Positions 47,736-58,399 are shown, numbered from the stretch's first letter. The stretch is 64,000 bases of DNA from Candidatus Heimdallarchaeota archaeon (GCA_048881705.1 JBHLSH010000002.1:114109-178108); one strand, 5' to 3'. Made by a program: numbers and translations. Notes: generated from the letters alone by a model not told the origin.

Positions 47736-49019
47736 ATGATGGAATCAGTTACAATTATTGGTCTTGGCTATGTTGGTCTTCCCCTTTTTTGTTTAGTTGC
47801 TGAAAAGGGCTATCAGGTCTCAGGTGTCGATATAATTGAGGCCAAACTAAGGCAGATTAAGCAGCATCAACTCACATACGAGGATGAAATTGTAAAACGT
47901 TTCTACCAAAATGATCCGGGCCATCTGCGGCTGACTTCGAATGCCTCTGAAACAGTCCCGGATTCGGACATTATTGTTATTTGTGTTCCGACCCCCGTCG
48001 ATTCGAACCGTATGCCTGATTTTTCTCCATTAATGTCCGCAATTCAGTCAATAGTTTCAGAAATTCGGCCCGAACAACTTGTAATCGTGGAATCAACCAT
48101 ATATCCAGGTACCATTGAGGAGATTGTTCTTCCAATCCTCGTAAAATCGGGATTAAAGCCTGGCAAGGATTTTTACATTGCACACTGCCCCGAACGAATC
48201 GATCCGGGGAATAAAAAATGGACGCTAAAAAATATCCCGAGAGTTTGCGGTGCCCTCAGCCAAAAGGGTCTCCAACATGCCGTGAAGTTCTATGAGTCGA
48301 TTATTGATGCCCCGATCTATCCCTTATCTAGCTTGAAAGCCGCCGAAGCATGCAAAGTTGTTGAGAACAGTTTTCGTGATATTAACATTGCCTTTGTTAA
48401 CGAGCTTGCCATGTCATTTGATAAGATGGGTATTGATACCATGGAGGTAATTCAGGGGGCAGCCACAAAACCATTTGCTTTTCTTCCGCATTATCCAGGT
48501 TCTGGCGTGGGAGGACATTGTATCCCTGTTGACCCATATTATCTCATTAAAAAGGCGGCAGACATTGGTTTTGATCATGAATTCCTACGTATGGCTCGAA
48601 AAATTAATGACGGAATGCCAAACTACACAGTAATCCTCCTTAGAGAGCTGATTTCTCAGGCAGGACGATCACTTAAAGACTCAACAATCGGCCTGTTAGG
48701 AATAGCCTTTAAGAGGGGGATTGGTGACTTTAGAAATAGCCCCTACTTTCAGATCAAAGAAATACTTGAAGTACAGGGTGGCACGGTACTGGCGTTTGAT
48801 CCAAACGTCCGATCGCTTTCATCTGTTTCCACCATTGATGAATTGCTAGAGGAAAGCGATTTCTTGATACTTATCACTGACCACCCTGAATTCCTAAATC
48901 TTCCACCATCCAAACTAGCTGAGAGCGGCATTATTGGCATTATTGATGGGAGGAACGCACTATCTAAAGAGGGGATCAAAGATCTAGGGATTTTGTACAA
49001 GGGGATAGGACAAACATGA
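47736..49019 (+). CDS. UDP-N-acetyl-hexosamine 6-dehydrogenase (WbpA/WecC family)
   Basis: IIGLGYVGLP, VPTP, PERIDPG, ENSFRDINIAFVNE, GVGGHCIPVDP. Confidence 0.93.
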   Translation: MMESVTIIGLGYVGLPLFCLVAEKGYQVSGVDIIEAKLRQIKQHQLTYEDEIVKRFYQNDPGHLRLTSNASETVPDSDIIVICVPTPVDSNRMPDFSPLMSAIQSIVSEIRPEQLVIVESTIYPGTIEEIVLPILVKSGLKPGKDFYIAHCPERIDPGNKKWTLKNIPRVCGALSQKGLQHAVKFYESIIDAPIYPLSSLKAAEACKVVENSFRDINIAFVNELAMSFDKMGIDTMEVIQGAATKPFAFLPHYPGSGVGGHCIPVDPYYLIKKAADIGFDHEFLRMARKINDGMPNYTVILLRELISQAGRSLKDSTIGLLGIAFKRGIGDFRNSPYFQIKEILEVQGGTVLAFDPNVRSLSSVSTIDELLEESDFLILITDHPEFLNLPPSKLAESGIIGIIDGRNALSKEGIKDLGILYKGIGQT

Positions 49020-49042
49020 TAAATACGTATCTCTGAGGTAGC

Positions 49043-50053
49043 ATGATGTCAAACCAGACCCCGAGGATTACTATCATTGGAACTGGAAGAATGGGCTACA
49101 ACCACGCGCGATTATTAGGAAGATTAGGTTTTTTAGATTCAGTTGTAGACATAGACCGCCAAAGGGCTGAAGCAATAGGGGAGCAGTTTAAAAAACCCTG
49201 GTATACAAGTATTGAAGACTTAGTCAAGCATCGTTCACCAAACGGGGTGATTATTGCCGTACCCACTAGGTTCCACTCTGAAGTTGCTCGCAGCGTGATT
49301 GAATTCTTACCTGATTTGCAGGCCATGCTTATCGAAAAACCCATCTCCTCTTCAACAGAGGATGCACTACAACTGAAAAAGTCCTTGAAGCAAACTCATG
49401 TGAAAACTATAGTTGGGCACATTGAGGTATTCAATCCTGTTGTAACGCGGATTCAGGAGATTGTTAATCAGGACATTATCGGATCTATGCGATCCATCCT
49501 TTTTCAAAGACGTGGAACCATAACCGAATCACGAATAGAGGCGGTTGGCGATATTTACGAAGATATCGGGGTTCATGACTTTGATGTCGCATCTCGACTG
49601 ATACCGAAAGGTAAAATACGTTTATTCTCAGTTGCTATTCAATCAGAAGGAGTAGATAACTCTAGCACCATTATTCTTTCGCATGATTCAGAAGAACTAT
49701 TTGTGACCTTTCTCTTGAGTCGAGAGCATGCGGGCAAGGTGAGGATGATTGATATCGAAGGTACTAAGGCTACACTGATAGCCAATTTACTTACACAAGT
49801 CATCGAACTTCGTAGTTTAGAGATCGCTCGTGGAGAAACGGAAAGCTCAGCGATACGCATTCCATTTTCCAATGGAGAACAGGTGAAGGTCTATGGAGAA
49901 CCACTTTTGCTAGAAATCTGGAATTTGATCGACTGCATCCGGGGGATAAGCGTACCCCTCGTCTCGCTTGATGACGGGATAAACGCTCTAAAATTAGTAG
50001 AAGCCGCACGTCAAAGCACACGAACAGGACAGTCGGTACAATTGGAGATCTAA
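49043..50053 (+). CDS. Gfo/Idh/MocA oxidoreductase (WbpB-like UDP-HexNAcA 3-dehydrogenase)
   Basis: IIGTGRMG, LIEKP, VGHIEVFNP, DIGVHDFD. Follows the WbpA-like gene. Confidence 0.85.
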   Translation: MMSNQTPRITIIGTGRMGYNHARLLGRLGFLDSVVDIDRQRAEAIGEQFKKPWYTSIEDLVKHRSPNGVIIAVPTRFHSEVARSVIEFLPDLQAMLIEKPISSSTEDALQLKKSLKQTHVKTIVGHIEVFNPVVTRIQEIVNQDIIGSMRSILFQRRGTITESRIEAVGDIYEDIGVHDFDVASRLIPKGKIRLFSVAIQSEGVDNSSTIILSHDSEELFVTFLLSREHAGKVRMIDIEGTKATLIANLLTQVIELRSLEIARGETESSAIRIPFSNGEQVKVYGEPLLLEIWNLIDCIRGISVPLVSLDDGINALKLVEAARQSTRTGQSVQLEI

Positions 50054-50067
50054 AGGCCAAATTCGTA

Positions 50068-50919
50068 CTAAAAATGAAAGAAAAATCTCCAGCCAAAATA
50101 TTTGCGAACTTCTTTATCTGTTAGCCTCCAATTTTCTCTTCTTCCGTCTAGGTAGCCTCTAAGAAATGTAAGGGCGCCCCTTTTGGCTAGAATTACTTTT
50201 AAAAGCAATAAGATAGGATTGTACCCGAAATGAAAGGTTAAACGTCCGTTTCGATATAGATCCTTCCCTGCAACCCTCGTTGTTGGCCGTTTTTGGTACA
50301 TATACACATGATCTAATTGAGGAGTCTTATATCCACGGACTTTCGCCTTTGTATTAATCCAGGTATCCCAATCAATGTCAGGAAAATCCCGATCTTTGAT
50401 GGTAGACAGAAGGGACGTTCTTATGACTTTTCCCGAACCTCGGGCGTCTCGACGCCCAAACTTGGACCCGATGTTTATTTGTTCAACATATTCTTCCCCA
50501 TTTTTCAGAATTTTGATTGCTCCAGAAACACAACCTAATTCGGGATTACGTTCCATTTCTCCAATTATAACTTCATAATAGGACTCTGTTAGGCTAGTAT
50601 CTGCGTCTATCGTACCTAAATAATCAAAATTTTTTCCTTTTCGAATTTCAAACCAAGCACTGTTGAATGTCCTTCCGACTGTATCTAAGTTGGGTGCAGA
50701 CTTCAATGGCATTCTTAAGAACCGAATAGTTAATTGTGAATAGGTAAGTGAAAGTCGCTCGATCTCCTTCCTAACGCCAGAGTCCGGAGACCCATCATCC
50801 ACTATTAATATCTGTTCAGGTTGGAAAGTTTGCTTTTCTAGCGATTGTACACACTCTTCCAACATCTGATATTCATTGTAGATCTTGATTACGACACATA
50901 AATTAGGCGTTGACGTCAC
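50068..50919 (-). CDS. Glycosyltransferase family 2
   Basis: LIVDDGS and GTIDADT (DxD). Confidence 0.88.
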   Translation of the reverse strand: MTSTPNLCVVIKIYNEYQMLEECVQSLEKQTFQPEQILIVDDGSPDSGVRKEIERLSLTYSQLTIRFLRMPLKSAPNLDTVGRTFNSAWFEIRKGKNFDYLGTIDADTSLTESYYEVIIGEMERNPELGCVSGAIKILKNGEEYVEQINIGSKFGRRDARGSGKVIRTSLLSTIKDRDFPDIDWDTWINTKAKVRGYKTPQLDHVYMYQKRPTTRVAGKDLYRNGRLTFHFGYNPILLLLKVILAKRGALTFLRGYLDGRRENWRLTDKEVRKYFGWRFFFHF

Positions 50920-50959
50920 ATGACCTCACGTTATCAAACTATTCGCCAATTCAGTAATT

Positions 50960-53020
50960 TTATTTTTGTAAATGCCTTCGCAATATGAAAATCACGCTTA
51001 TTCCCAATAATAGAGGAATCATCATAAATCCCTCTGAAGTGTTCGTAATGGTCGTAGTTTCGGTGGATGAGGCTTTTGATGTGGTTTTACCTGTTGATGG
51101 ATCACTGCTTGGGACTTGGGTTGTTCCTAAACTTGTAGAAGAAGAGCTCGTTGTAGCAGTAGCAGTGCTAGTATTCGAGACAATAATTGGAGGTGGAAGC
51201 GTACCGTCAAATGTAATCAGATATGAATGTATCCCCGTGGCAGGAAAAAGCGTACTATTGGCATATTGATCATAGGGCGTCCCGTCCATTAGAACATCCT
51301 TGATGATACCGTTTCGGGTAAAATTAAGGAGGATAAATCCACTAGATTTTGCATTTACTGATTCTAGACGAATTCGTTTCTGGTCAACATCCACACTCAC
51401 ACCTGTAAAGGCCCCAGGCAAACCATAATCATTCGGTAAACTTGTAGGATTCCCATATGCCCAATCGATCATCACATCATATGATGGGATAATTGCGTTT
51501 TGTAGAGCCAAAATGGCTTCAATCGGTGCAAGATCGAATACAATGGGTTGATTACCGCCATAAGTCATGGGCTGCATGGTGTTTGTGTCGATAAGATTGG
51601 AGTATCCCTTTGCGAAACGATGTTTAGACATAAATTGCTGATAGTGCGCGTAAGCTTTGTCCAAGTACTTGGGATCTTGGGTGTAGTGGAAAACCAGGGA
51701 GGCCGTACGGGCAACCATGAGATTGGCAGAGGCTCCGAATTGACTCTGAGTCTTAAATGTACTTGGAGAATGGATAACCAAGGATTTGCTCATGAGAACC
51801 CCCGTTGGATAAACTGGATCAGACCCCATAAACTCTGTATCAAAGTCTTCTATTGCTTTCTCGAGAAATTCAGCCTTGCCAGTGATTTCAAATGCCCTTA
51901 TCATAGCATAATCCACCCAAATCGCATTCATCTCTGGAATAGCGCTTGTTTGCGCATTCTGGATATTTTCAGTTGAGTATGTGCATTTATATACCCAAAG
52001 AGGTGGTGTTGTGGCAATACGCCACATATAGCTGGCAATTGCACTAGCGGTTTTATCAATCAAGTCATAGTATGTATTGTTCCCCGTTCCAGCTAATTTA
52101 TTCTGATCGTTAAGGAAATAGGCCAATTCAAGGATATTCAGCCAGCCAGTCATGTCGTAATGAGCAATTGTACTATCACGAACGGCTTTTGTCTCTGCAT
52201 TGACCTCACGTGGTAATAAGTTAGTTTTTGGAGATCTTAAACTCCATATTCCCTCAATAAATTCATCGGCCCATTGCTTATAGGTATTATTCCCCGTAAT
52301 CTTGTAAATCCAGAGGAGTTGACTTAGTTTCTTGAGGCCAGCATTTTTCCAGGTAAGATGGAAATCTGTAGAAACAATTTGACCCGTTGATGAATCAAGG
52401 GATGAATAAAGGAGATTGCTTGGGGATGTGAAAAGTTCGTGGTTTCCTCTAACGAGTTGCTCGAAGTATGGGATATAGCGAGGATCTTCCAACGCAATGG
52501 GTGCGAAAAAAACTGCAGGAGCCACATAAGGTTCCAATATAGTATCAGTAGTCCAATCATAACCAAATATTGCCCTCCCAGTTTTGTTCCCCCGATTGAC
52601 GATTCTAGTCGAATATTGAATGAGATTCTGGAACATGACCCATGCCTGATCTAGATAGGAGGTATCGTTCGTGATTTTGTACATGGAGTAATACGTTGGA
52701 AGAAGATTCAAAGTGTCAGCCCAGGTGTAATTATAATCAGAGGAAACTCTGGTACGGTAGTGAAATCCTGTTTTGACCGGTCCAGAATCATCCTTTCGCG
52801 ACTGAAGACGATCCCATGCATATATGGCGTCTTGATAAAGCTGGTATATAGAAATCGATCCGCTTGGAACCGTGGACAGAGATTTCACTAGTGCACTCCG
52901 GTCAGGATATGGTTTGATATCAAATAATCCGAATGAAATTAATACTAGCAAGAGGAGCAGGCATAATCTCCAATAATGAATCATTTTTTTTCTAAGATGC
53001 AGCTTTTTAGCCCCGAACAA
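50960..53020 (-). CDS. Secreted, C-terminally anchored alpha/alpha-toroid glycosidase-like protein (GH47-like)
   Basis: Signal peptide, helical barrel with ITGNNTYKQWADEFIEGIWSLRSPKTNLLPREVNAETK, Ser/Thr linker, and a CTERM-like tail EGF-MMIPLLLGISVIFIL-RRHLQK. Confidence 0.7.
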   Translation of the reverse strand: MFGAKKLHLRKKMIHYWRLCLLLLLVLISFGLFDIKPYPDRSALVKSLSTVPSGSISIYQLYQDAIYAWDRLQSRKDDSGPVKTGFHYRTRVSSDYNYTWADTLNLLPTYYSMYKITNDTSYLDQAWVMFQNLIQYSTRIVNRGNKTGRAIFGYDWTTDTILEPYVAPAVFFAPIALEDPRYIPYFEQLVRGNHELFTSPSNLLYSSLDSSTGQIVSTDFHLTWKNAGLKKLSQLLWIYKITGNNTYKQWADEFIEGIWSLRSPKTNLLPREVNAETKAVRDSTIAHYDMTGWLNILELAYFLNDQNKLAGTGNNTYYDLIDKTASAIASYMWRIATTPPLWVYKCTYSTENIQNAQTSAIPEMNAIWVDYAMIRAFEITGKAEFLEKAIEDFDTEFMGSDPVYPTGVLMSKSLVIHSPSTFKTQSQFGASANLMVARTASLVFHYTQDPKYLDKAYAHYQQFMSKHRFAKGYSNLIDTNTMQPMTYGGNQPIVFDLAPIEAILALQNAIIPSYDVMIDWAYGNPTSLPNDYGLPGAFTGVSVDVDQKRIRLESVNAKSSGFILLNFTRNGIIKDVLMDGTPYDQYANSTLFPATGIHSYLITFDGTLPPPIIVSNTSTATATTSSSSTSLGTTQVPSSDPSTGKTTSKASSTETTTITNTSEGFMMIPLLLGISVIFILRRHLQK

Positions 53021-53213
53021 GCCTATTACAGAAACCTCTTACACTAAAACACGCAGATCAGTGCTTAATCATACAAATCATGATATTTAATAGCATTACG
53101 AATTAGGAAACAGTTTGCTAAAGTAATTGGTAAGAAAGAATATTTGATTTCCTATAGCAAGGGTAAGTTTAATCCGTATCAAATACACCAGTACATACAT
53201 TATGGGATAAAGA

Positions 53214-54080
53214 GTGGAACAAAAAAAAACCGTTGCAGTCGTAATACCAGCTCGAAATGAAGCAAAATCAATCGTTCAAGTTTTAAATTCTCTGAAAAAT
53301 CAGACAGTACTCCCTAAGGTTGTAGTGGTAGTAGATGACGGATCAAGGGATACGACACCTGAAGTTTTAAAATCATATCACTCAGCCCAGTATCATTTGA
53401 TCATCAAAGAGCGACCAGAACGCATAGGAGGCAGGAGCTTGGTTGGTACGCCCGAAATAGCCAATACCTTCAATAAAGGATTTGAAGAAGCCAATAAGGC
53501 CCAATGCGATTATATCCTAATTATTGGTGCGGATATTTTATTAGAACCGCAATATATTGAAAAGATGTTATTGGAGTTTTCTAGGGATCCCTCCTTGGCA
53601 ATAGCATCGGGACACACATTACGAATCACAGCCAATCCATCGCACGCGCGGGGGGCTGGACGGCTGATAGATTCTCGGTTTTGGAAATTTTATGGTGGAA
53701 AATATCCTCCTATTTATGGATGGGAGGATGACTGCTTGATGCAATGCCGACGAATGGGCCTTAAGGTGAAGCATTTCTCCCATATTTTATATGATACTGT
53801 AAGAAAACCCCAAGGTACAATTGATTTCATGAATTGGGGCAGAGCGGCTCGTGCCATGAGGTACCATCCAGTAAGTGCCGCTTTACGAGGTATTCGATTC
53901 CTTCTTTTCCAAAAATACGGCCTTAAAAACACCGTTAGATTCTTTGCCGGTTATTTTGTAAACCCACCCAGAGAGATAATATCCAGAACCCAGCGACAGA
54001 ACCGAGATTTCATGCGAAGGTATCAGGTTCGTCAAATCCCCGAGAAGATAAGTTCTATTCTCACCCGGAAATTAACCTAG
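53214..54080 (+). CDS. Glycosyltransferase family 2
   Basis: VVIPARNE, VVVDDGSRD, IGADILL. Confidence 0.88.
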   Translation: MEQKKTVAVVIPARNEAKSIVQVLNSLKNQTVLPKVVVVVDDGSRDTTPEVLKSYHSAQYHLIIKERPERIGGRSLVGTPEIANTFNKGFEEANKAQCDYILIIGADILLEPQYIEKMLLEFSRDPSLAIASGHTLRITANPSHARGAGRLIDSRFWKFYGGKYPPIYGWEDDCLMQCRRMGLKVKHFSHILYDTVRKPQGTIDFMNWGRAARAMRYHPVSAALRGIRFLLFQKYGLKNTVRFFAGYFVNPPREIISRTQRQNRDFMRRYQVRQIPEKISSILTRKLT

Positions 54081-54833
54081 GAATTCTTTTAGTTCATCTT
54101 GAGACGGATAGTTTATTAGCACAGCTCTAAGAGGCCCATGGAATACAAACATACTCCCAGCAGCTACTGCGGAGGCGCCTGCCACCCGTACTGCTTCTCG
54201 AAAGTGTTGTAAGCTCCCAGCACCTCCACAAGCGACGACTGGGATATCCACTGTCTCATTAACTTTCTTAATCAGTTCCAAATCGTAACCTTCCATTGTA
54301 CCGTCTCTATCGATGGAATTGATTATTATCTCCCCTGCTCCTAGAGTTTCTACCTGCTTTGCCAGTTCTTCAGGGGAATAATCAGTCCTTTCCAAACCAG
54401 AACGGATGTAAACTTGGTTCTTCCCAAAACGGTTCTTTCTTACATCAATTGAAATGACGATGCTTTGACTACCAAAAATTTCAGCCGCCTCATTTATGAG
54501 CTGGGGACTTTCGATGGCGGAGCTGTTTAAGATAACCTTTTCGGCACCGTTCTTCAGGATGGTTCTAATATCTTGAATAGATCGAACACCCCCCCCATAA
54601 CCGAACGGCATAAAACACTCAGTGGCAATATCTTTGATGAGATCAAACTGAGGAGAAGTCTTATCACGACTAGCCATAATATCAAGGAAGGTTAATTCAT
54701 CTACTTCTTTTTCATTAAAAATCCTTACAGCATTGATTGGATCTCCTACGTACTTGGGATCTTTAAATTTGACTGTCTTAACTAGACCTCTCCCTCTTAA
54801 CAAGAGAACAGGAATAACTCGAGTTTTAAGCAA
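54072..54833 (-). CDS. aglZ: HisF-like cyclase of acetamidino-sugar pathway (AglZ/WbuZ family)
   Basis: VKTVKFKDPKYVGDPINAVRIFNEKEVDEL and SIDRDGTMEGYD; sits in a glycan locus next to HisH-like and amidotransferase genes. Confidence 0.88.
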   Translation of the reverse strand: MLKTRVIPVLLLRGRGLVKTVKFKDPKYVGDPINAVRIFNEKEVDELTFLDIMASRDKTSPQFDLIKDIATECFMPFGYGGGVRSIQDIRTILKNGAEKVILNSSAIESPQLINEAAEIFGSQSIVISIDVRKNRFGKNQVYIRSGLERTDYSPEELAKQVETLGAGEIIINSIDRDGTMEGYDLELIKKVNETVDIPVVACGGAGSLQHFREAVRVAGASAVAAGSMFVFHGPLRAVLINYPSQDELKEFLG

Positions 54834-55460
54834 TCAGCAAAGCTCCACAAAATTCTCCAGTAGCTTCATCCCATATTTATGGCTTTTCTCAGGATGATAT
54901 TGCACACCATAAATATTGGCTTCTTCAAGAGAAGAACAAAAAGTAATCGCGTATTGGGTTGTAGTTAATTCCTGCTCTTTTCGATTACAATTAACGTAAT
55001 ATGAATGAACGAAGTAAAATCGTGGATTTTCATACATATTAGAAAATAATTTACTCTCTCTTTGAATGTCTACAGTGTTCCACCCCATGTGAGGAATTTT
55101 AAACCCATTTAAAACTGGAAATCTTTTGGTTTCTGCATCAATCCATCCGAGACCTGGGGATGTCCCCTCCTCGCTTGTTTTCGATAATAATTGCATTCCC
55201 AGACAAATTCCTAAAAACGGGACTTTTTCTTTTATTACCTTGGTATTGAGGATAGGAAGGAGATCTAATTCGGAAAGATTGTCCATTGCTTTCGCAAAGG
55301 CCCCAACACCTGGTAAGATGATTTTTTCGGCTCCTTCAACGACTGCTATGTCCGAGGTTAGAACTGCATTAGCACCAATTCGTTTAAGCATATTCATTAT
55401 TGATCCTAAATTGCCCATTCCATAGTCAATGACTACGAGAGTACGTTCCACCTTCATCAC
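54834..55460 (-). CDS. aglY: HisH-like glutamine amidotransferase (AglY/WbuY family)
   Basis: IDYGMGNLGS, GICLGMQLL, YFVHSY, QYHPEKS. Confidence 0.88.
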   Translation of the reverse strand: MMKVERTLVVIDYGMGNLGSIMNMLKRIGANAVLTSDIAVVEGAEKIILPGVGAFAKAMDNLSELDLLPILNTKVIKEKVPFLGICLGMQLLSKTSEEGTSPGLGWIDAETKRFPVLNGFKIPHMGWNTVDIQRESKLFSNMYENPRFYFVHSYYVNCNRKEQELTTTQYAITFCSSLEEANIYGVQYHPEKSHKYGMKLLENFVELC

Positions 55461-55506
55461 TTCTCTGAAATTAGTTGGTACCCCTTGATACCGTCGTTAT
55501 TAAGGA

Positions 55507-56661
55507 TTATCGTTTTCTAAATCGTTGGAATTGTTCCTTAAAAGAACGGGGATTTACCAGGGTCTCTAAAATCCGAATCGGGATGCGAACCAAATTATCT
55601 GTACCGTAATTTTGATGTGGTACAATAGGGAGATTCATGATTTTCCTAAAATCTTCTTCAGATAGCTCGAATTTTTTTAAGACATATTCCTTATCATATT
55701 CAAGCTGTTTAGGATCGTAGAGAGGTTTTTCTAGCTCAGTGAGAGCCATTATTCGAGTAATCTGATTAGAATTAATGAGCGTTGACAGATGCATTCTACG
55801 CTTATCTATGCCAAATTTCTCTGGAAGAACATAAGACTGGTAGAAATGCGTCCAGCGAGATTCATAATGTTTTCCTCCATAATCTTTCCATCCTACCTCT
55901 TTTTTCAATGCTTCTTTTGCTTCATTCCGTACATACCGCACATAATTAAGTGGAAAAAATCGTTTCATTCTTTTAATCTTCTCATAATACGTGATTTTTC
56001 CATAACCTGCCATTGGATAGGTTTCCAACCTCTTATGCCCAAAACGCTTGTGAATTGACTTCAAATTTCGCAAATCATTCTTGCGCCAGTCCCATGCCGC
56101 TACTGCGATTCCTTCGGTGACGACATTGTTTCCTCCCAGCAAATATTTGATTTTCATATCTCTTGCAACATTTAAGACCGTAGCCCTAATTGCATGATCG
56201 GAAGCCACTTCAATATCAACAACAGATGCCCATAAGTAGGCCAGTTGTAGATCCTTAAATTCCTCCCAGTCAACCACATGTGTATACAGATCAAAATCTA
56301 GTTTTTTTGAGATATTTTCGATATTATTGACCGCTAGCTCGGAATCCCAACCATTGTCAAAGTGTACTAGCAGAACGCGGAGGCCGAGCAGATGAGCGAC
56401 ATATGCAGCATAACTACTGTCTACTCCTCCACTTATACCCAACACACAGTCATACTGCTTGTCTCGGCCATGTTTCTTGATGTTTTCGACAATGGATTGT
56501 AGTTCAGCTTCGTTGCCAGTTTTAAGCAACTTCTTGGCTTTTCTCTCGTAGCTATGGCAATGATTACAAATTCCTTGATCGTCAAATGATATTTGGGGAT
56601 CAGAAGTATCCATAACACATCTCGTACAGATTTGATAGGCTCTCTCATTCGCAGTTGTCAT
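55507..56661 (-). CDS. aglX: N-acetyl sugar amidotransferase (AglX/WbuX/WbpG family)
   Basis: CTRCVMDTSDP, PP-loop DCVLGISGGVDSSY, GGKHYES, DKRRMHLS. Confidence 0.9.
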   Translation of the reverse strand: MTTANERAYQICTRCVMDTSDPQISFDDQGICNHCHSYERKAKKLLKTGNEAELQSIVENIKKHGRDKQYDCVLGISGGVDSSYAAYVAHLLGLRVLLVHFDNGWDSELAVNNIENISKKLDFDLYTHVVDWEEFKDLQLAYLWASVVDIEVASDHAIRATVLNVARDMKIKYLLGGNNVVTEGIAVAAWDWRKNDLRNLKSIHKRFGHKRLETYPMAGYGKITYYEKIKRMKRFFPLNYVRYVRNEAKEALKKEVGWKDYGGKHYESRWTHFYQSYVLPEKFGIDKRRMHLSTLINSNQITRIMALTELEKPLYDPKQLEYDKEYVLKKFELSEEDFRKIMNLPIVPHQNYGTDNLVRIPIRILETLVNPRSFKEQFQRFRKR

Positions 56662-56919
56662 CTTTCCAGCAACCTCAAACCCGTGACCTTACCGTAAATT
56701 ATTCTTGAATGGCCCAATAACTAATCCTATCCAAGTTCTTCTAGATTTTCTAAATCACCATATTAACCTTGGTGTACTTCATGAATAATTTGAATTACCC
56801 TCTGCTACAAATATTTTAAGTGGTTCACTGATTTCTCATAGACAGGAACAATTAACATAACGATTCTATTCATGTCGCTTCTTAAGGTAAAACATCAAAG
56901 AATCAGCAGCTGACACAGA

Positions 56920-57549
56920 ATGAGACAGGTAACCTTGGTTCTAGCTCCACACACAGATGATGGAGAATTATCTATGGGCGGAAGCATTGCGAAATTCATT
57001 GAAGAAGGGAAAGAATTGTATTTGGCAGCTTTTTCCAGTGCAAGAACTTCATTACAGCCTGGAATGCCCGAAGATATCCTTGTAAAGGAAATAAAGGCTG
57101 CTGCCACCATTCTTGGGATCCCAAGTGGCCATTTATTAATCTACGATTATCCAGTCCGAAAATTCTCTTATCATCGTCAAGACATTTTAGAAGAGTTGGT
57201 GAAACTGAGAAAAGATATCAGCCCTGATATCATTTTTTTGCCATCTCCTAACGACCTACACCAAGACCATACCACTCTCTCCCAGGAAGGAATTCGAGCG
57301 TTTAAAACGGATTCAATTCTGGGTTATGAGTTACCTTGGAATAATATCACCTTTCAAACACAATGTTTCAGCGTACTCCAAGAAGATCACGTAAAAAAGA
57401 AAATTGAGGCTTTACACTGTTACCAAAGCCAAAAACACAGGAACTATCTTAAACCTGAATTCATCCGAGGTTTAGCAAAGGCTCGGGGTGTTCAAATAAA
57501 AGAAGAGTGGGCTGAAGCATTTGAAGTGATCCGCTGGAAACTTCAATAA
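56920..57549 (+). CDS. PIG-L family deacetylase
   Basis: APHTDDGELSMGG and DLHQDH. Confidence 0.9.
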   Translation: MRQVTLVLAPHTDDGELSMGGSIAKFIEEGKELYLAAFSSARTSLQPGMPEDILVKEIKAAATILGIPSGHLLIYDYPVRKFSYHRQDILEELVKLRKDISPDIIFLPSPNDLHQDHTTLSQEGIRAFKTDSILGYELPWNNITFQTQCFSVLQEDHVKKKIEALHCYQSQKHRNYLKPEFIRGLAKARGVQIKEEWAEAFEVIRWKLQ

Positions 57550-57690
57550 ACACGAATTTGGTTGATACTTCAGAGATAATATCGCTTTTTCTGCAAACCT
57601 ACGTTAAAACATAACCTTAGTTTAATAAATCTAGAAAATTTCCATGAAGTTTAAAGAAAAGCCGTTCTAGGGAGGACTAGAATCACGCTT

Positions 57691-58263
57691 GTGTACGATT
57701 TAATCCCCGAAGCTATAATTAAGGGAAAGATTCTTGATATAGGTGCTGGTAACGAGGAATGGTTCGGTGACGAATTACCTCAGCTCGAATCGAAATACAG
57801 AGACATATTTCTATCTGAAAACTATCTGGGAATTGACATAAATCCTCCCAAGAATGGTCTTTTGAACATCATTAGGCAAGATTTACTTACATTCGAGCCC
57901 AATACCCGATTCGATACTATTTTAATGATAGAAGTCATTGAGCACATATCAATCGAGCATTGGCCAGAGGTTTTTAGAAAACTTAGAAGTTGGTTAAATT
58001 CTGGTGGCTATTTATTCTTTTCGTGTCCCTATAATGAACCATATGTTTCCCCTCATCCCTGGAGACACCTTGTGTTCGAAATCACAGAAAAAACCGTTAA
58101 AAACTATCTCCCGGATGCTACTTTCCAAATCTACCCTCATCCACATGCGTTTGCAGCGCCAGGAGAAAATAAATTCCTGTGCTCTTTTCGATATATAAAG
58201 CGATTACTTACAGATCACCCGTTCTTGAAGTATCGATTAGCTACCATCTGGAAAAAACGGTGA
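57691..58263 (+). CDS. Class I SAM-dependent methyltransferase
   Basis: ILDIGAG, LGIDI, FDTILMIEVIEHI, LNSGGYL. Confidence 0.85.
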   Translation: MYDLIPEAIIKGKILDIGAGNEEWFGDELPQLESKYRDIFLSENYLGIDINPPKNGLLNIIRQDLLTFEPNTRFDTILMIEVIEHISIEHWPEVFRKLRSWLNSGGYLFFSCPYNEPYVSPHPWRHLVFEITEKTVKNYLPDATFQIYPHPHAFAAPGENKFLCSFRYIKRLLTDHPFLKYRLATIWKKR

Positions 58264-58399
58264 AAGTGTAATTATGGGTTTTTGATTTTGTAAAATCGAA
58301 TATTACACGAATGGGAAGACCATTCCAATGAGGATTTACCTGGCCAACATTGTTAAGAAGATTGGAAGAGGGACCAATCGTGTCGATGCATTAATCTAG

